In this document: positions 43,181 to 52,584 of the stretch, piece after piece | Layout: each line of letters begins with the position of its first letter | Position numbering within the stretch: position 1 is the stretch's first letter | From: a virus | Lineage: Duplodnaviria > Caudoviricetes | IMG/VR virus record: IMGVR_UViG_3300020404_002650 | Coordinates: 1,728-65,727 of that record | Direction: 5' to 3' (one strand) | Length of the DNA stretch: 64,000 bases | Translations under genes and position numbers: made by a program | The notes under the pieces: generated by a model | Databases searched by the model: none | What the model was told of the DNA's origin: nothing | Seen by the model: only the letters and a program-made list of their open reading frames with translations

Positions 43181-43985
43181 TGGGTGGACACTCACAATTG
43201 ACGAAGATATCAAAACCTTATCAACAGACCAATTGCACGAAGTAGCCAAACTTTGCAACAGGCATTTTGTTGTTATTTTTAGGAATCAAGATCTTACTGT
43301 AAAAGATCAAATGCGTATTGCATCAAGCATCGGCACTGTAAAAATGGATCATGGCCGAGATGACGCCGAGCGTGAACGTATATTGTTAGAGCCAGGCGTG
43401 ATAAGGGTCACAGGAGAACTGAATAGCAAAGGCGAAAAAGGACTTTTTGGACATGACGAAGAACTTGACTGGCACACGCATCATGCCAATGCAAAGAAAA
43501 GGTTCCCGTTTGTTTGGCTTTATTCCGTCAAAGGCAGTGCTGGATCACGCACTAGTTGGATAAATCAAGCAATGGCATTCAATGACCTGTCAGTGAACAT
43601 GCAAAAGGAACTGGAAGGCATCAAGTATGCAAGTGGTTACAAGGTTGGCTCATTCAGCGACATGGCAGTTGCTAAAGAAAAAATAAATTATGAAAATCCA
43701 ATTAATCTTGTGCATACTAACATAGAAGGCAAAAAAGGACTTTACTTTCCATTCCAACAAGTGTATGATATAGTGGAAGGAGCAACAAAACAGCAATGGA
43801 ATGAATTGCACACATTTTTGAAAGGACACTGCACAAAAGAAAAGTATATCTATCATCATGACTGGCGAGATAAGGATCTTGTGATATCTGAGCAATGGTT
43901 AAGCATTCACAAAAGATGGCAGTTTGATGGCATGAAGGAGAGGCTATTACACCGGATAGCATTAGATTATGACAAAGCATATTAA
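43158..43985 (+). CDS. TauD/TfdA-family dioxygenase (atypical metal motif)
   Basis: VVIFRNQDL, DWHTHH, G..T.W, HDWRDKDLVI...IHKR, RLLHR. Confidence 0.8.
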   Translation: MRSSVDSNGWTLTIDEDIKTLSTDQLHEVAKLCNRHFVVIFRNQDLTVKDQMRIASSIGTVKMDHGRDDAERERILLEPGVIRVTGELNSKGEKGLFGHDEELDWHTHHANAKKRFPFVWLYSVKGSAGSRTSWINQAMAFNDLSVNMQKELEGIKYASGYKVGSFSDMAVAKEKINYENPINLVHTNIEGKKGLYFPFQQVYDIVEGATKQQWNELHTFLKGHCTKEKYIYHHDWRDKDLVISEQWLSIHKRWQFDGMKERLLHRIALDYDKAY

Positions 43986-44490
43986 AAAGAAATGGCATAA
44001 GGATTTCTTTATCGAAACCGATTACAAGGTTCCTGTGGATTTTTGGAGTGATTACTTCAACGGCAAATGGGAAGACAGCAACAAATTATATTCTGAGTAT
44101 GTTGATGAAGCCACAGGCGGCAAAGAAATGAATAAATTTTATGTGCAAGAGATACACAATTTTGACCGGAAATTACTTAGATTAATCAAAAGCATATGGA
44201 ATGAATTTGGTTTCAGACCTAAAGAATTTAGATGTAATTTTTTCCGAGTGCTGGAAGGTGGCGAACTGCCAATACACGTTGACAACAAAAGCAAGTGTTC
44301 TTTCGTTATTCCGATTACGGAAAACACCGGCGAATTGTATTTTGACGACGGAACAGACAGTGCAAGTATTTTATATGATTCGATGGTTGTGCTTAACACC
44401 AAGAAACCACACGGGGTAAGATCTCCGTTAAAAGAAAGAATTGTTTTTCACATGGGGGTCCACGATGTCGGGTTTGAAAACCTATCTTGA
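43969..44490 (+). CDS. Cupin/2OG oxygenase-like protein
   Basis: LPIHVD...LNTKKPHGV...RIVF. Confidence 0.65.
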   Translation: MTKHIKKKWHKDFFIETDYKVPVDFWSDYFNGKWEDSNKLYSEYVDEATGGKEMNKFYVQEIHNFDRKLLRLIKSIWNEFGFRPKEFRCNFFRVLEGGELPIHVDNKSKCSFVIPITENTGELYFDDGTDSASILYDSMVVLNTKKPHGVRSPLKERIVFHMGVHDVGFENLS

Positions 44491-45076
44491 GTATGACGTA
44501 AGGGCATACTTTGAACAGTTCACACAGTTCGAAGGAAAGACTGTGTTGGACTTTGGGTGCAACCACGCTAATTTTGTGCGATACAAGCCGCATGGAAATT
44601 ATACAGGAATCGACATCAAGGAACACAAAATTAACAAAAATAAATTTGACTTCCCACACTATAAATTTGAATACTATAATGGATACAATTACATGTACAA
44701 TCCTAAAGGTGATGCGGAACTTGAATTGAAAAATCATTATGATGTGTGTGTTGCGTTTTCTGTATTCACACACCATACATTCGAGGAAACCAAAGATATA
44801 TTAGAAAAATTAAAGGAGAAGTGTGGAGAGGTCTATCTGTCATATTTTTCTAACAAGGACAAATTTTCATATGAAAGCATATGTTGGTTCAGACACCTCG
44901 AGCCTACAATGTGGGATCAAATATCAAATCATGATGTTTTCTATCTTAAAACAGACAAGTGGTTATGGACGTTTTATGACGACGAATGGTTGGCTGATAA
45001 ATTAAAAGGAAAGTGGATGGCTACAAGTTTTCCACAGAATGACGTGAGAGGAATGCAAAGATGCCTAGTGATCTAA
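44465..45076 (+). CDS. Class I SAM-dependent methyltransferase
   Basis: VLDFGCN, YTGIDI, YDVCVAFSVFTH. Confidence 0.8.
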   Translation: MSGLKTYLEYDVRAYFEQFTQFEGKTVLDFGCNHANFVRYKPHGNYTGIDIKEHKINKNKFDFPHYKFEYYNGYNYMYNPKGDAELELKNHYDVCVAFSVFTHHTFEETKDILEKLKEKCGEVYLSYFSNKDKFSYESICWFRHLEPTMWDQISNHDVFYLKTDKWLWTFYDDEWLADKLKGKWMATSFPQNDVRGMQRCLVI

Positions 45077-45543
45077 GTCATTACGAACTGCCAGAATTTC
45101 TTGACAGCGACACAAAAAGTAGACTTTTGCAGATAGGCCTAAGCCTCAAGGACGATGATTGGACAGTTCACAAATCTACCAGGACCGGCAAACCTAGTGT
45201 GTTGAATTTCTACGACCTTAACATGACTTTCCATGGCAGAAACTGTTATCTACTGATGATACGTCCGCAGGCTATCCAAGACTGGCATACAGACGGCGGC
45301 AAAAGAAACACAGCCTTGATATATCCGTTGAGCGAAAATTACGCACCTTGTAGTTTCGAGCAAGGACAGACTGACAGACCGATGTTTCTTAACACGCAAT
45401 CGAAACATGCAGTATTCAATAATGATGAAAAACGCATAAACCTTAACATATCATTTGAGGAAGACATCGACGATTGCATAGAATTTTTTAAATGCTTGAA
45501 ATTTTTCAAGGGAAACACAGCATATGAATTTGATCCATCTTAA
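45061..45543 (+). CDS. Cupin/2OG oxygenase-like protein
   Basis: WHTD...LNTQSKHAV...RINL. Confidence 0.65.
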   Translation: MPSDLSHYELPEFLDSDTKSRLLQIGLSLKDDDWTVHKSTRTGKPSVLNFYDLNMTFHGRNCYLLMIRPQAIQDWHTDGGKRNTALIYPLSENYAPCSFEQGQTDRPMFLNTQSKHAVFNNDEKRINLNISFEEDIDDCIEFFKCLKFFKGNTAYEFDPS

Positions 45544-46006
45544 TTATAAAATTGATAAAGAGAAATACAGGAAAATATTTTTTGATATACATCAGCGTGG
45601 GGAATGGTATCAATGGAAAAAGTTTGAACCAAAACTATCTTGGTGGAAAGTTTATTTGCCAGACGGATCTGACCTAAGGCACTTGACCAAAGAAGTAGAG
45701 GAGCATTTGGGTATATGGGGAATGAACACGTATCCAAGATTTGCATACCTGTTCGCCAACAACAACGTGCCACCACATGTCGATGAGGACGACATGACAA
45801 GCATACAGATAAACCTGTTCGACAAGCAACCGGTGATGGTTGTAGAGGATCAACAAGTGCCATACGAGTGTGTGCTGTTAGAGAATGGAAAACTAAAGCA
45901 TTGGGTTGAGCCTGTCAATTACGACAGACTGATGCTTAAATTTTGCATAAGGCATCCATGGCATGAAATTGTAGAGAGGATTCCAAATGAAATTCAAAAC
46001 AGATAG
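45524..46006 (+). CDS. Cupin/2OG oxygenase-like protein
   Basis: PPHVD...KHWV...RLML. Confidence 0.6.
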   Translation: MNLIHLNYKIDKEKYRKIFFDIHQRGEWYQWKKFEPKLSWWKVYLPDGSDLRHLTKEVEEHLGIWGMNTYPRFAYLFANNNVPPHVDEDDMTSIQINLFDKQPVMVVEDQQVPYECVLLENGKLKHWVEPVNYDRLMLKFCIRHPWHEIVERIPNEIQNR

Positions 46007-46871
46007 GCCGTTCACGCAGGACGAATTAAAAGCAATGGACGTGATACATGATCCTGCTACTAGCCTATTTCAAGACCAAAATGATAAAAGTTATATTTTG
46101 CCAAACTTTATCAATGATGACGAATGTGATTTCCTTGCAAAGTTCTTTAATGATAATTTTGATAGGATAGGATTAAACATTAACGATCACGTTTTGCATA
46201 TCACTTATCCAATGGCTATCAAAGACATTGACGATATTGTGCGTCCAAAGATCTATGAGCACTTTGGCGACGATGTGATATTTTATAGCGATGTGGCAGT
46301 TGATGATCCAATGAGTGTTGGGGACCAATTTTTTAAGAGTGTAAGGCCGTATGGTTTACACACTGACTCAGTGACACACATAAATGGATACAGGCCATAC
46401 AAAGACATCATCATCCCGATCGAGTTAGATAAAATTGTTAGCACTCAATACGTCACTTTCAACCAAAGATACAGAGGCAGGGCCACACACTTCATGAAAG
46501 GCAGAGACATAGGAAGTTTTGCCAATTATGCAAATGTAATTAGGCACCAGGACTACAAAGACTATGGGGTAGAAAACGTAGAGCATAATACAAGGGACAT
46601 GGAAATACTAGGAAAAATTATGCCCAAACATATTCCCATGTCAATATACGAAGGACTATCAATTGAAAATATATTTGAATGGAAGCCAAAAAATGCTATT
46701 GTACATGATGCAAGTGTCTTACATGCACCCACTGATTTCAGGGAACATGGCGCAAAATACAAGACAGGACTTACACTGCACCTTATGAAGGCAGATGCCA
46801 CATACAATAACAGATTAGAAGGATATTACACTCCGTTTAGCCGGTACACAAAGCCTTTAATCGAAGCATAA
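45987..46871 (+). CDS. 2OG-oxygenase-like protein (PhyH-like motifs)
   Basis: GLHTD...IIIP...WKP...VLHAP...K. Confidence 0.55.
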   Translation: MKFKTDRPFTQDELKAMDVIHDPATSLFQDQNDKSYILPNFINDDECDFLAKFFNDNFDRIGLNINDHVLHITYPMAIKDIDDIVRPKIYEHFGDDVIFYSDVAVDDPMSVGDQFFKSVRPYGLHTDSVTHINGYRPYKDIIIPIELDKIVSTQYVTFNQRYRGRATHFMKGRDIGSFANYANVIRHQDYKDYGVENVEHNTRDMEILGKIMPKHIPMSIYEGLSIENIFEWKPKNAIVHDASVLHAPTDFREHGAKYKTGLTLHLMKADATYNNRLEGYYTPFSRYTKPLIEA

Positions 46872-46874
46872 ATA
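46867..46874 (+). promoter_or_regulatory. Late promoter variant CATAAATA
   Basis: Immediately upstream of the fibre ATG at 46882. Confidence 0.55.
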
Positions 46875-46881
46875 TGGTATA

Positions 46882-48504
46882 ATGGCGTATAAAATAAACA
46901 ACACATTCGGCACCCTTCTGGTAACACTTGCTGACGGCACCATTGACACGGCCAAAACCGATATTACACTAATCGGAAAAGGCTATGCAGGGTTCGGAGA
47001 AAGACTGAATGAAAACTTCGTAAAATTATTAGAGAATTTCAACAACACAACAGCACCTGCAAACAAGCAACAAGGCCAGTTATGGTTTGATAAAACCAAC
47101 AAACAACTGAATGTTTACACAGGAGATAAATTCAAACCGGTAGGATCTACAACCAATTCTGCTACATCTCCCACAAACGCTGTATTAGGTGACCTATGGT
47201 TCGATACTGCAAACAGCCAAATGTATGTGTATGATGGAACGGCATTCACACTTATAGGTCCAACAACGGTTACAGGTTCTGGAGTTACACAGGTTGTCAC
47301 AGAAGTTGTTCAAGACAACACAGGTGTAAACAGAAGTATTTTAAAATTAGTCACAAATGACACAGTAGTAGGAATAATCTCAAACCTAGCATTTACGCCT
47401 AGTGGATCTGAAACAAATGCAGTGGCACTGACTGCCGCTGGATTCTCTTCAGTTGCACAAGGACTGCAACTTTCAACATCAGTTTCAAACAATAAATTTA
47501 GAGGCACTGCAACAGACTCAGATGCACTTGGAGGCATTGCAGTAGCAAATTTCTTAAGGTCTGATCAAAACGACAGTACCACAGGACATTTAGAGATTCT
47601 TAATGACAACGGACTTAGAATTGGTGCTGGATCAGACATACAGATGACAATGTCTGGTGATAACTTCACCATTGCCAATGTTACAGAAAACGGTGATATT
47701 GCATTCACAGTAAATGATGGAGGCAGTACCAAGTCTGTAATCACTATGCATGGTGATTCAGGAGATGTAAGAATTCATGGAAACTTGACTATCGATGGAG
47801 ATACAGTAACTTCCAATACATCTACACTTACGGTAGAGGACAACATCATAGAATTAAACAGAAATGTATCATCCAATTCTGGAATGCCAAACCACACAGG
47901 ACTGAAAGTCAACAGAGGCTCTGTATCAACAGCAACTGAACAAAATTTGTACTGGGTATGGGACGAAACGTTTGCAGATGACGGAACTACAATACATGGA
48001 AATGCGGGAGGAGCCTGGACAGCATTTAAGGCTTCAGAGACAGACACAGAACTAGAAGCACCCACACTGGTGGACATTCGAGCAAATGTTGTACATGCGA
48101 CATCGACATCGGCACAGTACGCTGACTTGGCGGAAAGGTATGCAACGGATGTTGCCCTGGAAGTTGGTGATGTTGTTGTGCTTGGTGGATCGCAGGAAAT
48201 AACAAAATGCAACGACGAAATGAGCACCGCGGTGTTTGGTGTTGTATCCAAATCCCCGGCATTCTTAATGAATGCAGAAGCGGGTGATGATGTCACACAC
48301 CCAATGATAGCACTCAAAGGGCGTGTTTTGGTGAAAATCAAAGGTACGGCAAATCCAGGTGATCGCATTGTGAGTGCAGGTAATGGAGAGGCCAAAGTGG
48401 CTGATCTGGGTGACTGTACCGCTTTTAACGTGCTGGGCCGAGTTATCAAGCATAAATATTCACAAGAAACAGCACTTACAGAGTGCGTGATAGGAGTCAA
48501 ATAA
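46882..48504 (+). CDS. Tail fibre protein B with C-terminal autocleaving chaperone-like domain
   Basis: N-terminus paralogous to fibre A; C-terminal AQYADLAERY...GVVS.P...IALKGRV (peptidase G2/IMC-like). Confidence 0.8.
   Translation: MAYKINNTFGTLLVTLADGTIDTAKTDITLIGKGYAGFGERLNENFVKLLENFNNTTAPANKQQGQLWFDKTNKQLNVYTGDKFKPVGSTTNSATSPTNAVLGDLWFDTANSQMYVYDGTAFTLIGPTTVTGSGVTQVVTEVVQDNTGVNRSILKLVTNDTVVGIISNLAFTPSGSETNAVALTAAGFSSVAQGLQLSTSVSNNKFRGTATDSDALGGIAVANFLRSDQNDSTTGHLEILNDNGLRIGAGSDIQMTMSGDNFTIANVTENGDIAFTVNDGGSTKSVITMHGDSGDVRIHGNLTIDGDTVTSNTSTLTVEDNIIELNRNVSSNSGMPNHTGLKVNRGSVSTATEQNLYWVWDETFADDGTTIHGNAGGAWTAFKASETDTELEAPTLVDIRANVVHATSTSAQYADLAERYATDVALEVGDVVVLGGSQEITKCNDEMSTAVFGVVSKSPAFLMNAEAGDDVTHPMIALKGRVLVKIKGTANPGDRIVSAGNGEAKVADLGDCTAFNVLGRVIKHKYSQETALTECVIGVK
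48451..48458 (+). promoter_or_regulatory. Late promoter variant CATAAATA
   Basis: Upstream of ATG 48506. Confidence 0.45.
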
Positions 48505-48505
48505 A

Positions 48506-49480
48506 ATGGCATATGCATCAGGAGATACAATTACTGCGGCGCAGTATAATATCTTTGTAAACAATTCAACTAGTCCTTTTGGATACAACCACTTCGCAGG
48601 CACAGGAGCATCACAGTATGGCCTAGGCCAAACACACATAGAACAAGTGTCAGCAAGTGCTGGTAACATTACAGCGGCACAGTTCAACACATTATTCACA
48701 GGCATGACAAACATTGCCAATCATACAAACGACTCAATCACTTCAGCGGCAGAGGTATCCGCAGGAACGAATATATCAGCAAGAGCCAATCTAGAGGCCA
48801 ACCTGGCAACACTGGCGGCATCGGTCGCTGGCGGATGTGTCAATGCAACAGCAGTTTCAGAGTCATCAGAATTACAAAGTTCACAGTCTAGCACAAGATG
48901 GACAGGCTCGCACACAGTTGAACACTCAATCACTTTTTCCAACAACAACGATCTAAGGCACTTCTTCAACGCAGGTGGCAAGATGAGGATGAAGTTTACA
49001 AGGACAGGAAATGGTGGAGGTTCTGCCACATCCAAAGACAGTTCAATGGATGAATTGATCACAGCAATCGGAAACTTTGACCTAGGTTCAAATGTTTCAA
49101 CAAGATCAGGGTCTGGTGAAACACTTACAACTGACGGTCTAGCAAACGGTACGCAAGACCTAGACAGTTCATATACAGTTTTAATAAGTTTAACACAGGC
49201 TTCAGGCACATACACTTCAATGAATGTGAAGGTTGAGGCTAAACTCAACAACACTGACATCACAGACGCAACAGTTGTAACAATGAAGACAACACTGACT
49301 GATGCAGACTCAGGTGACAGTGAATTTACCAATGGTAACACATCTGGTGTTGACCAATACGCAAACTTCATCGGACAAACTGACATTGCTTTACACACAG
49401 TGAACCCAACGACAGCACAGGGTTTGGCAAGTGTGGCGGCAATCGCAAGTAGCGCCGAAGTCAGCAACAACACAGCCTAA
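48506..49480 (+). CDS. Virion structural protein
   Basis: MAYASGDTITAAQYN, YGLGQ, RHFFNAGG; Ser/Thr/Ala-rich. Confidence 0.65.
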   Translation: MAYASGDTITAAQYNIFVNNSTSPFGYNHFAGTGASQYGLGQTHIEQVSASAGNITAAQFNTLFTGMTNIANHTNDSITSAAEVSAGTNISARANLEANLATLAASVAGGCVNATAVSESSELQSSQSSTRWTGSHTVEHSITFSNNNDLRHFFNAGGKMRMKFTRTGNGGGSATSKDSSMDELITAIGNFDLGSNVSTRSGSGETLTTDGLANGTQDLDSSYTVLISLTQASGTYTSMNVKVEAKLNNTDITDATVVTMKTTLTDADSGDSEFTNGNTSGVDQYANFIGQTDIALHTVNPTTAQGLASVAAIASSAEVSNNTA

Positions 49481-49554
49481 TAATAATAACTATTCGCACT
49501 GCCAAATTTCTATCTGCTGTCTGGCGGCACAAATAATTAACTGTATTAACAGTT

Positions 49555-49875
49555 ATGGATATTGGCAATATCAAAAAACAGGCAGACCTAAACTTCAAGG
49601 CATCACAGGCCAAGAAGAATGCATTGGAACGAATGCACTCTCGGCAACTAATGGCCTACAATGAAAGATTGCTCAAGGCCGATGCACAAACAATAAATCT
49701 GGTAAACAACCTAAAAGACAAGCACGATTGTTTCATGATCATGGACGTGAACGACAATCCATGTGAAGTGAAAGATCCTGACGATTTATTGTTCAAGTTG
49801 ATTGAGAGAAATCAAGAGTCGCTAAACACCTACAAAGAAATACATGAGGATATCGCCAACAGAAAGTTTAAATGA
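49555..49875 (+). CDS. Hypothetical protein
   Basis: 106 aa; first gene of the glycosyltransferase run. Confidence 0.6.
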   Translation: MDIGNIKKQADLNFKASQAKKNALERMHSRQLMAYNERLLKADAQTINLVNNLKDKHDCFMIMDVNDNPCEVKDPDDLLFKLIERNQESLNTYKEIHEDIANRKFK

Positions 49876-50624
49876 ACGCTGGCGTATTAATATATTGTTT
49901 TGATACTCCGCAGGTCAAATATCATAAATTGGCCGAAAGGTGTGTGCAACAAATCAAAACAAAACTTAAACTTCCTATTACTATAATCACTGACATCGAT
50001 ACTTTCAAAAAATTCAGTCCCATGGGAATGATTAATTACAAGATTGTTGAGCCAAGCACAACAAATACAAGAGCATACCGCGGCAACAACATTGCGTGGT
50101 ACAACAAAGAACGTGTTTTGGCCTTCGAACACTCACCTTATGATAAAACAATCCTGATGGATTGTGACTATTTTGTTTTTAGTGACAAACTTTTAGAACT
50201 GTTGAACACACAGTTCGATGTATTGTTGCACGATAAAGTTAGCGACATGACAGGCCTCGATAGCATAAGTGGGGATCAAGAAAGCACTTTGCCTTTGGTC
50301 TGGGCAACCGTAACATTGTTTGCTAAAACGGAACAGGCAAAAAAAGTTTTTGAACTTATTAAACATATACAAAAAAATTACGTGCATTACATGAATTTGT
50401 ACAGAATAAAATACACAAACTATCGCAACGATTTTGCGTTTGCAATAGCCTTACATCAAATGGGAATAAATCAAAGGATACCTACTCCGATGAGCATGTT
50501 GTCAGATAATGCTTTGATAATAGAAAGCGACCAGCAAGGAGTGATGTTTAAACAAGGCGACACTGTGAACATTGTGAACCAACAAGACATACACATAATG
50601 GACAAGGAGTGGTGTAATGGATAG
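49872..50624 (+). CDS. GT-A glycosyltransferase (mannosyl/galactosyl-transferase-like)
   Basis: SPYDKTILMDCD, WATV, RNDFAF. Confidence 0.75.
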   Translation: MNAGVLIYCFDTPQVKYHKLAERCVQQIKTKLKLPITIITDIDTFKKFSPMGMINYKIVEPSTTNTRAYRGNNIAWYNKERVLAFEHSPYDKTILMDCDYFVFSDKLLELLNTQFDVLLHDKVSDMTGLDSISGDQESTLPLVWATVTLFAKTEQAKKVFELIKHIQKNYVHYMNLYRIKYTNYRNDFAFAIALHQMGINQRIPTPMSMLSDNALIIESDQQGVMFKQGDTVNIVNQQDIHIMDKEWCNG

Positions 50625-51402
50625 AGGATTTGTTTGGTTTGCTATCAATAACAGCACAACGGACTACGTTGAGATCAGCAGAACACTGTCAAAGAGTATT
50701 AAGAAATACAACAAGCATAACAAAGTGTGCGTGATCACCGACAAGCCATTACAGGATCCTCTTTTTGATCATGTGGTTGTTCTTAAGCACGATGACAGCA
50801 CAGGGCATGAATGGAAACTACACAACGAGCACAAGGTATTTCAACTTACGCCTTTTACTCACACTATAAAACTTGAGGCGGACATGGTGTTTACGCAAAA
50901 CACCGATTGGTGGTGGTATTATCTCTGGCAACACGATCAAGTGTTTTCTTATAACTGCAGATCATACAAAGATGATATTGTCACAGACAAGCATTACAGA
51001 AAACTTTTTGTCAGGAATGATCTACCAAATGTGTATAATGGATTGCACTATTTCCGTAGAAGCGTAGTTGCAAAAGAATTTTACGATATTTGCAGGACGA
51101 TAACACAGAACTGGGAAGATATTAAAAAAGATGTTCTCATAAACTGCCACGACGATCAGCCAACTACCGATGTGGTTTATGCCCTCGCAAACAAATTGCA
51201 AGATCCGTTGCAATTGAAAAAAATAGATTACGAATGGTTCAAATTTATGCACAACAAACAATACATAAATGGTGTCGCATATGAAAATGACAACTATCTC
51301 AATCCTATTGCACTAGTCGACAGATTATACATAGGCGCACACAGGCAGAACCGTATTGTCCACTACCACAACAAAAAATTAAGGAAAATTTTAGATGTCT
51401 GA
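50617..51402 (+). CDS. GT-A glycosyltransferase, paralog of the upstream gene
   Basis: TPFTHTIKLEAD, PNVYNG.HYF, TDVVYA, HYH. Confidence 0.75.
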   Translation: MDRGFVWFAINNSTTDYVEISRTLSKSIKKYNKHNKVCVITDKPLQDPLFDHVVVLKHDDSTGHEWKLHNEHKVFQLTPFTHTIKLEADMVFTQNTDWWWYYLWQHDQVFSYNCRSYKDDIVTDKHYRKLFVRNDLPNVYNGLHYFRRSVVAKEFYDICRTITQNWEDIKKDVLINCHDDQPTTDVVYALANKLQDPLQLKKIDYEWFKFMHNKQYINGVAYENDNYLNPIALVDRLYIGAHRQNRIVHYHNKKLRKILDV

Positions 51403-51706
51403 TATATTTGCAAGTTGGAGAAACTACAAGCCACCGGTCAAAAAGCATTTCGTCACTATAGATGGCAAAAAGATACAAGTGAATCTTGAAAAGAAATTAG
51501 AAATAATGCGGCATGGTGAGGAGAAGTACATGATCAAGCCTGCAAAGTTTGGACCCGAGATCAAGTTACGTCCCAGGCAAAAAACCAAACGTGTCTTTAC
51601 TACACTTGCTAACAAAAAAAACGGAATGAACTTTTTAGACAACGATCCGTGTTGGGTCGAAGGCACCACAGAGGAAGGATACGAATGGCAGATAGAGTCA
51701 GAATAA
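51395..51706 (+). CDS. Hypothetical protein
   Basis: 103 aa, overlaps both neighbours. Confidence 0.55.
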   Translation: MSDIFASWRNYKPPVKKHFVTIDGKKIQVNLEKKLEIMRHGEEKYMIKPAKFGPEIKLRPRQKTKRVFTTLANKKNGMNFLDNDPCWVEGTTEEGYEWQIESE

Positions 51707-52584
51707 GCGATTTGGATTTTGTTTATATCTCTTTCAAAGAGCCAAACAAAGAACAGAACTGGATCGACCTTAAGAACAAAGTGCCATGGGCAAAACGTGT
51801 GGATGGTGTTGTTGGGTTCGACAACGCCCACAAGGCCGCGGCGGACAAAGCGGAAACTGATTTTTTCATTAGTGTGGACGGTGACAACATAATCGACGAA
51901 AGTTTTTTATTGCAAACACTTGACTGGTCAAAAACCAACAAAGATGCAGTACACAGATGGCGGGCAAGGAACAACATCAATGGCCTTGTGTATGGCAATG
52001 GCGGTTTGGTGGGGTGGAACAAAAAGACGTGCATGGAAATGAAGACCCATGAGAACGCTGACGCAGATGAAAACCAAATAGATTTCTGTTGGGGTGTGCC
52101 ACACGAAAACCTGCACAACTGCTACTCCGAGACAGTGATAAACGCCACGCCACAGCAGGCTTTTGTGGCCGGATACAGGGAAGGCGTAAAGATGAGCACG
52201 GACAAAGGCAAGCCTATCACTGCCAAAAACTACTCTCGAACAATATGGAGGAACAATCTCAACATACTCAGTACCTGGTGCACGATCGGTGCAGATGTGG
52301 AGAATGGCAAGTATGCAATGTTGGGAGCGAGGATGGGGTGCTTCTATACGGTGCTGGAACCAAACAACGAATTTTTTAAGATAAGGGACCTCGATGAAAT
52401 GCAGAACTATTTCAACGAGATAGACAAGGATAACATTGACGAACAACTACATGCATTTGGCAATAGCCTGCGACAGCAATTGGACATACCAATTGCAGAT
52501 TACAGCGAAGAGGACAGCAGGTTCTATAGATTCATCATGCCAAGGCATATCAACAAGGGAGTGCAAGATCGTGAGTACCAGTGA
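51685..52584 (+). CDS. GT-A fold glycosyltransferase-like protein
   Basis: ISFKEP, RVDGVVG..AHKAAA, FISVDGDN (DxD), NGLVYGNGG, GYREGVKM. Confidence 0.7.
   Translation: MADRVRISDLDFVYISFKEPNKEQNWIDLKNKVPWAKRVDGVVGFDNAHKAAADKAETDFFISVDGDNIIDESFLLQTLDWSKTNKDAVHRWRARNNINGLVYGNGGLVGWNKKTCMEMKTHENADADENQIDFCWGVPHENLHNCYSETVINATPQQAFVAGYREGVKMSTDKGKPITAKNYSRTIWRNNLNILSTWCTIGADVENGKYAMLGARMGCFYTVLEPNNEFFKIRDLDEMQNYFNEIDKDNIDEQLHAFGNSLRQQLDIPIADYSEEDSRFYRFIMPRHINKGVQDREYQ

Noticed and set aside
35715-49473. Long minus-strand ORFs (282, 251, 250 aa) opposite fibre and structural genes
   Set aside because: Shadows caused by Thr/Ser/Gly codon bias of the + strand genes
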